NCBI GenBank assembly: GCA_964247055.1
Contig: OZ176054.1
Location: forward strand, 9,734,001-9,798,000
Direction of reading: 5' to 3'
Length of the DNA stretch: 64,000 bases
DNA from: Paragordius varius
Lineage: Eukaryota > Animalia > Nematomorpha
The translations under genes and the position numbers were made by a program. Under the pieces are notes generated by a model. It searched no databases and had not been told where the DNA came from. It saw only the letters and a list, made by a program, of their open reading frames with translations. Position 1 is the first letter of the stretch; each line of letters starts with the position of its first letter. Positions 13,093 to 24,289 of the stretch are shown in pieces.

Positions 13093-13329
13093 TAATTCAA
13101 ATGCTATAATTTGCAATTAATTGATTAAAACATAATTATATGATAATTATTTGATAATATTAAAAATAAAATTAGTCGTTTTGGCAGTTTTGCCGTTTTA
13201 AAGTATTATTCCCTATTCATTAATTTATATCGATTGTATTGTTTAAATTAATTTTAACCAAATTTTAAAACAAAAATATTTGTACTGGATCGATTTATAG
13301 ATAACCTATGTAAGATTTTAAAGAAACAA

Positions 13330-13590
13330 ACCTATATATCTAATAAATGATATCAATTTGCTTTAAGAAATAATGGATCTAGAATTATAACTCTTTTTAA
13401 TACTTCTAATTTCTTTTTCTACACTTCCAATAGTCAAAATAATTTTATTATAATATTTAAAATACAGCAAAAATCAGTGGCTGCTATAGTATAGAATCTA
13501 TCTCATTGAGCAAAATCAGACGAAATAAAACCTTTAATAGAATAAATATTGGATATTTGTAAGGTATTATTTGTTTTAATTTTGGAATCT
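13330..13590 (-). pseudogene. Degenerate exon of plexin-like copy 1 (KGFISSDFAQ*D ... YNKIILTIGSVEKEIRSI)
   Basis: Homologous to ~61850-62130. TGA at 13503-5 aligns to TGC in the paralog; the frame is disrupted; IILTIG..IRSI is IPT-like. Confidence 0.5.
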
Positions 13591-13721
13591 TTTAAAATTA
13601 TTTAAGCCCTACAAAGATACAAAATAAGAATGAAGTTTATGCTGACTAAATTTATTGGTACTAGCAACTAATAAATGAATTGCAAAATTTAGTTGTTGTT
13701 CATAAATCGTGTATTTTTGTG

Positions 13722-13871
13722 TTATTGAAGATAGGATATGGGTGGGGAAACGAAAGAAAACACCAACTTTCCATAAACATTGTTGATATTGGGTTTAGGC
13801 CGATATGCCAAAAAATATTCATTATCTTTGAAAGTTGTCCCATTTATATCCACCTTGAAACAGTTTTTCTC
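13722..13871 (-). CDS. Exon of plexin-like copy 1: EKNCFKVDINGTTFKDNEYFLAYRPKPNINNVYGKLVFSFVSPPISYLQ-stop (3' boundary uncertain)
   Basis: Strong acceptor ttttatgttttag, phase 0 matching the upstream exon donor, highly conserved with 62265-62411. F.Y.P.P.I resembles an IPT domain junction. Confidence 0.65.
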   Translation of the reverse strand, partial: EKNCFKVDINGTTFKDNEYFLAYRPKPNINNVYGKLVFSFVSPPISYLQ

Positions 13872-14665
13872 CTAAAACATAAAATATTTCTTTGATTACC
13901 TACCGAAAATCAGAAATAGAATATTAAATAAAATAAAAATTATTCAAAAAAATGTACAAAATTAAATGCCTATGGACATTAATATTGTCAATTCACTTTA
14001 TTTTTGACCGATTGGCAGTACAGTAGCTAAGGAGTCTAACACAACATGATTGAAACTGAAATTTCCATATCTTTACATATTAATTTTTATTAGATTATGG
14101 AATTTTTATATCATAAGCAAATGGGCAACAATGATGTAAATTCAACATTTATGTGCTTATTGTAGTATCCTCAGATTTATTATAAGCTCTAAACGTAACT
14201 ATTCTAAGTGATCTGCTATATACTAAAGTTTATAATGTTAAATTTTGTCGGCGAAAATATTTGAAATATTAAGTTAAATTTATGATTTACCTAGTTACAC
14301 TTGAAAAGTTTTGAGACTCAATGCTATTAATAAAATTACTCGTAATTTTGGAGAAAATCGGCCTTTTAAACCTATTAAAATAATTATTTTATAGTGAATC
14401 GTATGCATTTCGTATACTATATTTAATCAATCCTTTACAAACAAATGAAATATATTAACAACAGCATTAGTCTGTATTGGGCAGAAATTTATGATTTGTT
14501 CTTTTCCACTCAATTCAAGCCTTTTTCAATTAAAAACATAAAATTTAAATTCCGCCACCAAAAAACATGAGATATTTATTACATTATATTAAAATTATTT
14601 TAAAATTTAATTAATTTATATAAACAAAAAATGATTGCCCTTAGTATCAGAATAAATTTACTTAC

Positions 14666-14823
14666 GCGTTTTATATCTACCACCTTGTCTAGTATAGATT
14701 CATTTCTGGACTTAAGAAATATTTTATATTGATTAGTTGGGTTCAAATCCAAAAATTTTGTGCAGATTTCCAAAGTTTCATCATTGATACAGCCATAATC
14801 ATCTTTTAATATATTCTCACTTT
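14666..14823 (-). CDS. Exon of plexin-like copy 1: SENILKDDYGCINDETLEICTKFLDLNPTNQYKIFLKSRNESILDKVVDIKR
   Basis: AG acceptor and GTAAG donor, 158 bp, open. 41 of 52 residues identical to the exon at 63682-63839. Confidence 0.75.
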
Positions 14824-15960
14824 CTGGTTTATTAGTAAGAAAAAATTGATAACATAATAATAATTATTAAAAGAAATATTTAACACTTTTTATGATTATT
14901 TATTAAACATACACCCAATTATTAAGAGAGTTATTAAATTATATTTTTGGGAGTTATAAATTTGTATATTCAGTTCCCACTATATATAAACCAATGATAA
15001 CAATGAAGACTTATATTCGTGTATAACATGTAATGGTAAAAGTGTGGATTCTACATAAAAGATTTTACCCCTAATTTTGCAAAATTTTACTGTATCATTT
15101 TAACGCTGACTTATTCGCAATATGGTTGATCAATTGGCAACACATCTGTGTATAAAAAACCAAATGTTGAATAAACATTTGCTATCTTATATTCGTTTAT
15201 TTCATTTCATTAATTGTTTTGTTCCATACATTACTGTGTGGCTGTTTGACGAACTTTAAAGGCGAATAGGTCAGTACTAAGCACACTCTAATTCAAATGG
15301 TTCCCTTTTATTTGGTATTGCGTATTAAGCTGAATTTAAAAAGGTTTTGATAACATATAAATAATAAATATGAATATATAATTACCAATAATTTTTTCGC
15401 CATCGACTATAAATTATAAAATATAATGTCAGGCAGGTTTTCTATTGATACTTATAATGTATTAATGCTAACTTCCCACACTATACAACACAAATCGTCA
15501 CCTATTAGAAGTTTCATATTTCGATTATGTAAGTTCACATCCTTTTTTTAATTTTGGCCTTTTTTGATGGTTTTTAAATGTTTAATGAATTATGGTTTTA
15601 TACACATACAAACTAAATATCTGTGCGGTTATTAAAATTTGCGCATCTATTGGCTAATATTAATATCAATTTACGGAAAAAAGTTAAGACTTTTATCATT
15701 ATGATTGTTATATAAATATATGTACTGATTTTATAATTTAGAGGTATAATTTTATAATCAACATAACTATATTTATAATAATCTTACAGTAAAATGTTGT
15801 CAATTTTTGACGCGACATAGCCAATGCTCCCTCAAGATTTGTTTGTATCATTATCGAATAATTTCCAGGTTCCAAGTTATTAACAATAAATTTTGGCCTT
15901 TCGTTCTAAAATAGAGAAAAAGTAAATCATTAAAAACATATTTAATGAATACTTTTTTAC

Positions 15961-16151
15961 CATCGCATTTGTCAATTTAACACGTTTCTTTCCTGACATG
16001 GTGAATACAATATAACTATTATTGCCCATTTCTGGCACCTCATAATCGAACACAAAATTTGTTGCGTTTCCAGAATTTTCGATTACCATTTCATATTTTT
16101 CTATTTCGTGTCTTGAAGTTTTTCGATTAAAACAGTTCCCCTTCGCCAAAA
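15961..16151 (-). CDS. Probable upstream exon of copy 1: LAKGNCFNRKTSRHEIEKYEMVIENSGNATNFVFDYEVPEMGNNSYIVFTMSGKKRVKLTNAM
   Basis: Acceptor ttttttatcacag, donor ATG|GTAAAA, open for 63 codons, non-repetitive composition. Confidence 0.55.
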
Positions 16152-16747
16152 CTGTGATAAAAAATTTAAAAGGTTTATTAACTATATAATTTTTGATTCA
16201 GTAATTAATAATTTTAAATAAAGGATATTTTATGTTTTATATAATAAGATAAACATCCCAGATCATATATTTTTTAATTTAACAGATCGATTCTCACAAA
16301 ACAATATTTTACTAAATTTATTTATAGTTAACGCCATATATACAAAAAATAAACACCTAAACATTTGATTTTTTTTATAAAAATATGCAACATTTAATTT
16401 TCCTCTTAAACAATTCAAATTCACCCTAAAAAAAATTATGTGTTTCCTATAGCATAGTTTAATATTTTAATTTTGTATTATTTTCATTTTAAACAAAATT
16501 ACATATTTTAAAAATATAAAAAAATATAATTTTTAATCTAAAAAACACATAATTTATTTAATGAATTTGAATTGTTTGAGGGTTAGTTTGAATTGAAGGG
16601 TTAATTTGAATTGTTGGTGAATTTGAATTCCCTAAGAGTGAATGAAGTATGATATATTAACAATCAACAAATTCTTTTATTTCATGATATTTAATTCATA
16701 CTAAAATTTGGCCCGATTTTGGTGCATAATCCTATAATGATATATTA

Positions 16748-17828
16748 CACTATGCGGCCATAGTGGGAATTATTAGATAGCTAAAAGCTACCGAATATGT
16801 ATCAAATAATAAATGCGACATATACTAGAGAGAATAATATTTTAATATGTCTGGTATACAATCAAAATATCGCAATTTTATGGTTCATTTCAAATAAAAT
16901 ACAAAACAAAAGTAAAAACTTAAATAGAGACTACCAATGATTTAACATTTTTTTAGAATACAAAAATTAAAGAGATTCTCTTAGATATCAAATTCGATCA
17001 TAAAACTTCTTATTATAGGGTAAAAGATTTGATTTAAACATTCATACTCTATAGATAAAGTTCACCCAATATATTGCCTTAAAAAAGAGATGTCTTATAT
17101 AAAAAATGAATTTTTTGTAAATTTGCATATATTTTACATATCCAATATTTATTATAAATACTTTTCTCATACAATTTGAAGAAAAGAGATCTAATGACTT
17201 AGTTTTTGCGTATTTTTATGCCAATTTTGGTATCACAAGCCAAAATGGCTCCTAAATTATATAATCAAGATTTTTAAGCATAAAAATTTCAAATCAAAAA
17301 ACTAAATCGATAGATTTTTTGCTGCATGAATTATCTTAACAAAAGAGATAATTTATAATAATGGATGCTTTATAACAATGGTAAGCTACTTCCACCTTGG
17401 TGCAAATTTTTCAAATTTTTTTATATAAGGCTTATTTTTGAAGGCGATACATTGAGTAAAATATATATAGTGTGATTGTTTAAAAATTGATATATCGAAT
17501 ATTAACAAGTTATTATTATTCAAATTTGACCAAAATGCGAAATTTTTTTGGTTCTAGTTTTTCTAAGATTTTCTTAAATATTGCTTATATTTTTTGTTTA
17601 GGTCTTTCCTTATAATACAATTTAACAAATTTTGGTTGAGGCGTTATAGTCGATTGTATTTTATTATAATTGATTGGATAAATATGTAATTTTTTGATAT
17701 TGGTTAATAACACAAAATTAAAACTATTGTTTTTTCTGGTATACCGCATTTATCATTCGATATTTATTATTTACAGCTATCAGTTATCGAATGATATATG
17801 ATTACAATTATTTTTGTTGTGCACCGTG
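16748..17828. mobile_element. Foldback MITE family copy (same family as 10419-11686), more decayed
   Basis: Starts TA|CACTATGCGGCC and ends GCACCGTG. Shares gatagctaaaagc, caaatttgaccaaaatgcga and tccaccttggtgcaaatt segments with copy 1. Confidence 0.8.
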
Positions 17829-18042
17829 TTATTTAAGGGCTTTATATAATTAAATATTATAGAATCCAATGTATAATAAATATTTATGGGGCAAGTCATT
17901 ACTATTGTTTTGCGATTCAAACATAATAATTTTTAATAGAAGCTTATAAAAAAACTTCAAATATACATCAAAATTGATCTATTTTATTTAACTAATGAAA
18001 AAAATATGCTGTGCGATTACAGCTATAAATTAAAGTATATTA

Positions 18043-18679
18043 CAGGGAGTGGAACCGGACGGAACCGTTTGCTTTTTTTCAGAATCGTTTTGGATACCAT
18101 CTATTTTTTTCAAATACGGTTCCATTTTACACAATTTACAATTTTTAGCTTTTGTCCTCATCTTTTTAATCATTCTTTTATTTTTGTTTCAACTATTTAT
18201 ACAATTATACATATGTTAATAGTAAATTGTTAATCATATATTCAAAATGAGAGTAGATTGGTTCTTAAAATTTTTAAAGAAAAGTTACATTATCAAAATA
18301 TTATAATTACTATGACGATTTTATGAAGTGTACTATTTGTGAATTAATAATTACAGGTATTGTATTTAAAATATAATTTAACGTAATGTGTAATTTTTTG
18401 TCATACAAATTTGATTCCGATTCTACTTTGCTGTAGTCAAAAATCTCAGTGAATTTTTTCTCGTTTCATTTTTTTATATACTGGTCAAATGCCAAAAGCA
18501 GTACAAAACCCACCGGAGAAGCAAAGCTGTTATCGTAAAGTAAAAAATATGCGAAAAACAGCTTATCGGAACCGGAACCAAAATATTTTAGGAGAAAAAA
18601 ACCCGCATCGGAACCAAAATTATAAGCAAAAAAACTGATCTGGAATCGGAACCAAAAACGGTTCTGGCCCTAATCCCTA
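18043..18679. mobile_element. hAT-type MITE with perfect 8-bp TSD and GGAACCG subterminal repeats
   Basis: TSD GTATATTA at 18035-42 and 18680-87; ends CAGGGA.. and ..TCCCTA; multiple GGAACCG/CGGTTCC motifs. Confidence 0.88.
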
Positions 18680-18687
18680 GTATATTA

Positions 18688-20336
18688 TCAATAAATTGTA
18701 GACCTGTATTTGGAACATCAATTTTAATTGTAATGCCATCATCAGTTTGATTCACGATGGTTGATGTAAGATTGGCATAAAAAATTTCTCTGCCATCTAA
18801 GACACTATATATTTGAAAAATTTTACCATTTGGCGCCTTTATTATCGTTTCTATTTCAAGTTACAAAAATATTACCTCCAGGTCCGGAACGCTTTGCAGG
18901 GATTTTAAAAATAAAACTTGTTCCTAACATTTTATATAAAAACTTTACCATTGTTCTTATCTATATAAAATATTTCGGTGATCATATATAAATATATATA
19001 ATAAAAACGAACAAGGCTTTTATTATTTGTAGGTCATTTAACATTAGCCGTAATTTCGCGGGCCCCAAAAAATCATGTTGTTGAGGCTACCAAATACCCA
19101 ATATTAACACCCAATATACCGTGAGCCGTTATAGATATATAATTATTAAGCGTATTATATAAATTATTCTTTTTCCAATATCATCCCCTAAAACTTAAAT
19201 AATGTTGGGTAAAAGGAAGAGTAAATGTTTTAGGATTATTCAACAACAAATGTTTGATAAAAAATACTATAAGAAGATTACACATTAATATTATCCATAA
19301 TTACAACTGGATATAGTTGAAAAAATCAGGATGTGCTTTTTGTTGTTGTTTAAAACTTTTTTTAGATCTATAAAATGGATTACTAGAATATCCCCGAGTA
19401 TCCCACTTTCTGTCAAAGTATATTCAGGGAAAAAATCAACACCCCTCTTTGTGAATTTAAAACACATTAAAACTTAACAAATTAGATTAAGTTACCATGT
19501 TTTATTTGTGCAAAAGCATTTTACAAGGTAAAATTGAAAATGTTTTGGAATCTGGAATATCGAATTTAAAAAGGTGGATTCGAAGATATAAATAAATTAA
19601 TAACACAATAGGTCGATTGAAAATGTGTGAACCGCATATTGAGCTTAAATCGCAGTCTATTCCAATGGTAACCATAAATTATTTTAAAATTTAAAATTTT
19701 TTATATAATAATAAAAAAGAGTTTGAGTTTTTGTAACAATTAATTTCGATATTAAGTTTGATATAAATAGAAATGTTTCGTAAATACCTTCAGTATTGGT
19801 TATCAACCCATTAGTATCTAAAAAAAATTTAGAAAATATAATTACCGCATAAATAATATAAAAAATAAATTTAAATAATAAAAATAACAATATTTTTCGG
19901 GAACGTTGAAAAAAGGCAATCCGTATACATGAAGTTTTTCACAGTATATAAAATCCTCATCTCAGTTGCTACTCTTAATTATATATCATAACATTTCTGG
20001 GTATTTTTTATGTATAAGTTAATTTTTTATCAAATTATTTAAATGGATATAAGATAAATATTAAAGTCGGCACTATGCGGCTGTTATAACTTTTTTCTAA
20101 TATCATATTAACCCCTTATAAATAAAAAAATATAAACCAATTATTATTAATTATAATTTTACAAGGTTTGTTGTATTTACCAGAAAAAGAATATCCTCTC
20201 GAAGCTACAGTACTTCTAATTATCCCTAAAAATATATTTTTTTATACCTCCAATGGTTGACCCCAACATCCCTCCAAAAACAATTCCTTTGGAAAAAATG
20301 ATTAATATGGATTGTATAATGCAATACCTTTCCCAA
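18688..20336 (-). pseudogene. Cluster of IPT/TIG-like exon remnants of plexin-like copy 1
   Basis: Open stretches: GTSFIFKIPAKRSGPGG (from 18923), ETIIKAPNGKIFQIYSVLDGREIFYANLTSTIVNQTDDGITIKIDVPNTGLQFIDNI (18688-18850), FKFTKRGVDFFPEYTLTESGILGDILVIHFIDL (~19310-19480), MVTIGIDCDLSSICG (~19530-19670), and 20181-20336. Splice junctions are only partly resolved. Confidence 0.45.
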
Positions 20337-21037
20337 CTGTTATAAAAAATTAGAACATAATATTATATAGTAACTATTATAATTATAGAGACATTATAAT
20401 TTAAAGACAAATATTTTTTGAAATAACATATTAAATATTAATATTTTGGCTATAGTGTTAAAGAAATTTTGAATAGAGATTCAAAGTAAGGAACTCTCAA
20501 TTCAATATTTACGCTTAGTATCATATTTTATTTAGTAAAAATCATATAATATTTAGCTGTTAATTTTACGTTTTTATTATAATTATATGCATATTTAATA
20601 TTTTTACACCATACCGATTGCCGTTTTGACTAAAATAATAAATAAAAAAATAATTATTGATGAAAGAAGACAATATTTAAATAGAATACCGCCAATAGCT
20701 CTTTGTATAGCGCTTTTTAATGTGTTTGGGTTATGGGGCGATTTGTATCCTGTATAGTTTATTGAAATGCATATTTAATATCATTTACATATAGATATTC
20801 ATAATTTTTGCGGTTATCTTTTAATATATATGTTTATATATACAGCACCCTTATTGTTGGCCACTAGGCATTATTTTAGGCCATGTTAGATACTGTAGTG
20901 CATGGATAAAAAACAACAAATGTGTGAAATATTTTTTTTCTATATCTTTCAACATTAAATTTGTTTATTTAATTATGAAAATTTATTTTTCATAAGTTAC
21001 TGGATTGCTAATTATTGTTTAAATTGCTCATAAATAA

Positions 21038-22055
21038 CACTGTGTATAAAATATAAAAAAAAGTTTTTTTTTCATGGTTTGCTTTTTACAAGCCAATTTA
21101 TTTGCCGCAAAAATTTTGTTTATGACCTGTTTTTGAAATATTGAGATAAAATCGAAATTGGGCAAAAAATGAAAAAGGATAGATAAAATAATAATGATAA
21201 TTAGATATTTAGATTTATTATAAATTTAACAGATAATTAAAATTTATAAATAGCATAAATCGTATATTTGGGGTTTTTATAGAAACTCATATCAAAAAAT
21301 CGTGTTTTTCCTTTAACATACCTATTACACAACTCTTTTATAAAATCTTTTTATGGTTTATAAAGTAAAATCAAATTATATATCAAAATAAAAATAAATG
21401 TTTTTTTAAATTTTGTCAGGTTTATGAGTGTATATTAATTTACTGTTTTTACACGAGTGATAATTACAAAGTATATAAATTAATATAAAATTGGATTTAC
21501 AAGTATTGGGATTACGGATTGGTTGATATTCCACTCTATATAATCCTATTTGGTAATAATTTATATACTTTGTAAAACCCGCTGCTCTAAGATTGAAAAA
21601 TAAAACATTAAATTTATTATGGACTCACATACCAGACAAAAAGATGAAACAGTAAAAAACAATATTTATTTAATTTTTTTATATTAAGTTATTTTATTGT
21701 ATAAAATAAAAATGAGATTCTATTTATGAAAGATGTAAAAATAATTAAAAAAAAATTTAATATTGTGTTAAAGGAAAACGCCGAATTTTTCATATAACCC
21801 AAATATTTGATTTTATGATATTTATAAATAAAAATCTCATAAAATGATAATAATATCTCAACATTTTCATCATTTTTTTACCATTCTCAAATATCCTTAA
21901 TTTTCACTTTTTGCCCAATTTCAATTTTCTATCAATATATCAAAAGCTAGGGCCTCAACAAATAAAAATTTTCGAGGGAAATAAATTCGATGGTCATGAG
22001 CTAGCTCATGAAAAAATATTTGTTAAAAAAATGGCCCTCTTTTTTGCACACAGTG
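21038..22055. mobile_element. Tc1/mariner-type MITE with long inverted arms
   Basis: Ends CACTGTGTATAAAA and TTTTGCACACAGTG|TA; internal inverted match aaattgggcaaaaaatgaaaa / ttttcactttttgcccaattt. Confidence 0.75.
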
Positions 22056-23319
22056 TACATAATATATTGCTTTTTTGTAGATTGGATGTTAAATCAAATT
22101 CGTGTTTCCATTATTGACTATATAGTTTTTACTCTCGCAAAAAAATATTTACGCCTCGTGGAAACATACTTGCCTCATGCCAACCAGAAAAATTTTTAGT
22201 ATCAAAAGACTTAATAATAACATGAAATATTCCTAAAAGAGCATGTGTATTTCAAAAAGTAAAACCATTTAGTTAACTTTTTTCTTATTTAATATTTTGA
22301 CGCCTTTTCTGGTTTATATTTGTCTTTTATAGCATTTGTCTCTCATTTTAAAATTATGAGCCCTTCCACTTATTTAACACTTACAAAACATTTATTTCGG
22401 TCCTCCAATTCGAATTGGAGTTTATGGGGACCCCGGGCCCCTGTTCAATATCATATATTTCTAAAATTATGGAACAAGAAACCATTGCAAAAGTTTGCAC
22501 TTATAAAATATTGAAACCCGAAATATAAATAAAGATTCATTATGGTAAACCTCACAGTAAAAATTTAATTAACAGGACATGTGTGAATTAGCTAATTATA
22601 AAAGTAATGCAAAATAAACCCTTTTTTCTATTTATATCAATGTTTGTGATTTAAATAAAAAATCAACTTTAGTTTTAGCGATAAAATCAAATAAACACGA
22701 TAGTTTGCAAAATTATTGCAAAATAATGTCGTCGATTAGTATATGGTTGTTTTCATAACTAAATTAATTTGGTTATTTTGATTTATCTCTATATTTTTTA
22801 TTAGGAGAGAAGCATAAATTTAAATTGGAACCGTTTCTTACAGTAGTTCCTAAAAATATCAACTTTAAAGGGTCCCTAGATATCCAAATTTGAATCAGAG
22901 TGTTAATCAACTAGCTTTCAACTTATGAATGGACCCCGAATCGCACACTCTTAATAATTATTAGGTGCTGAATTCGAAGTCAAATATGCAGTATAAATTT
23001 TAGTACCTTTGAGTAAAAAATACCACTAGTCATCAAGCCCGCACATTGATTTATGCAATGTGTTATCAAATTTTTCAAAATAACATTTTTATGAATCAAT
23101 TTAATAGAATAATGGTTGTCAAATAGTGATCAAAATAAATATTATAATATGAGATGTATCCAGAATGCGAAAATGGGGGTTTTCGAACAAAAAATATAAA
23201 TATTTATAAAATTATTAATTTTTATCAACAATAATATTTTAATAAATTTATTTTACATTAAAAATTCTAATATTTTGAAATGAATCAACATCTTCGGTAT
23301 AGATGAGATGAAAAAAAAT

Positions 23320-23560
23320 CAGGGCTTCGAATCATTTCGAAAAAGGGGAGCCGGAACCGGGATGGATTCCAGACGGTGGAACCGGAATTAGCCTGGTTTC
23401 TTTGAATTTAAAAATGGAAACGGGGTAAAATTTGTATCCTGATGGTGTTTAGAACAGGTTCCATTTAGGTTCCTGAATTTTCATTTAATTATCATTATGC
23501 AAGGCATAAACCAAAATATCAACATTCGTAAATCAAAGCTTAGTTTATCATAAAAAGTCA
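23320..23560. mobile_element. Fragment of a GGAACCG-rich hAT-like MITE
   Basis: Begins CAGGGCTTCG and has repeated GGAACCGG, as in 18043-18679. Right end not defined. Confidence 0.45.
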
Positions 23561-24289
23561 AATGTATAAGTAAGGTAGGTTGTAAGTTTATTGTATTAAC
23601 AATTGTATCTATTGAAGAAATATTTATTTAACTATAATGCATGATTGTACAAAGCAATTCATACTGCTTCTCAGATCTCAATATATAAAATTTAGCGCGG
23701 AGCCGTAATATGTACCGCTAAAACCCTAATGATATAATTTTATTATGTTTGAATCCGTGGTCCATTTTTTTTCGTTATGGTTTATAAACGCTATAGTTTA
23801 TGGTTTTTTACTAGATTCATTAATTTATAAGGTAAATTTCTTAATCTATATATTTTAAACAGGGTAAATAATATGTGTTTCATCAAGTATCAAAGTCAAG
23901 ATTATCAAAAAAGTTGTCAACATGGTAATAATGTTTCTATTTGTTATGAGTTAAAATATTATCTGATCAATTTTCGTGAATATGATAATTAAACAAAAAA
24001 TTCAAAACCATGATGGTCATATCATTTTGATCGGAAACTAGAAAATTTTTATGCAAATATTACATTATATTACCAGGTATTCTCAAAGATTTTTTCAAAA
24101 AATAAAAATTATAAAAAAATCATTTCTCAAACTTTTTCGCCGCCATTTTTATTCTTTAATTTATAAAAATCCCTAATTTAATAGGCAAATAAATACTATT
24201 ATGGTTAGAAAATGATAATTAATTTTATTAAGCTTTCAGGTTGTATTTTAACAGCAAAAGCATGATATTGATTAATTTTAAAATCAGCT

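Larger units (their letters stand above)
6270..14980. repeat. Left copy of an old segmental/tandem duplication (partner 54230-64000)
   Basis: Colinear matching blocks: 6270-6535/54230-54500, 6780-7140/54520-54870, 7140-9700/55090-57420, 10190-10418+11689-11800/58300-58620, 13380-13890/61850-62440, 13900-14980/62440-64000. Confidence 0.92.

Noticed and set aside
20610-20745. Hydrophobic open frame (AIGGILFKYCLLSSIIIFLFIILVK) as a transmembrane exon
   Set aside because: Wrong position relative to the IPT-like exons, and T-rich DNA readily yields such stretches; no donor identified.
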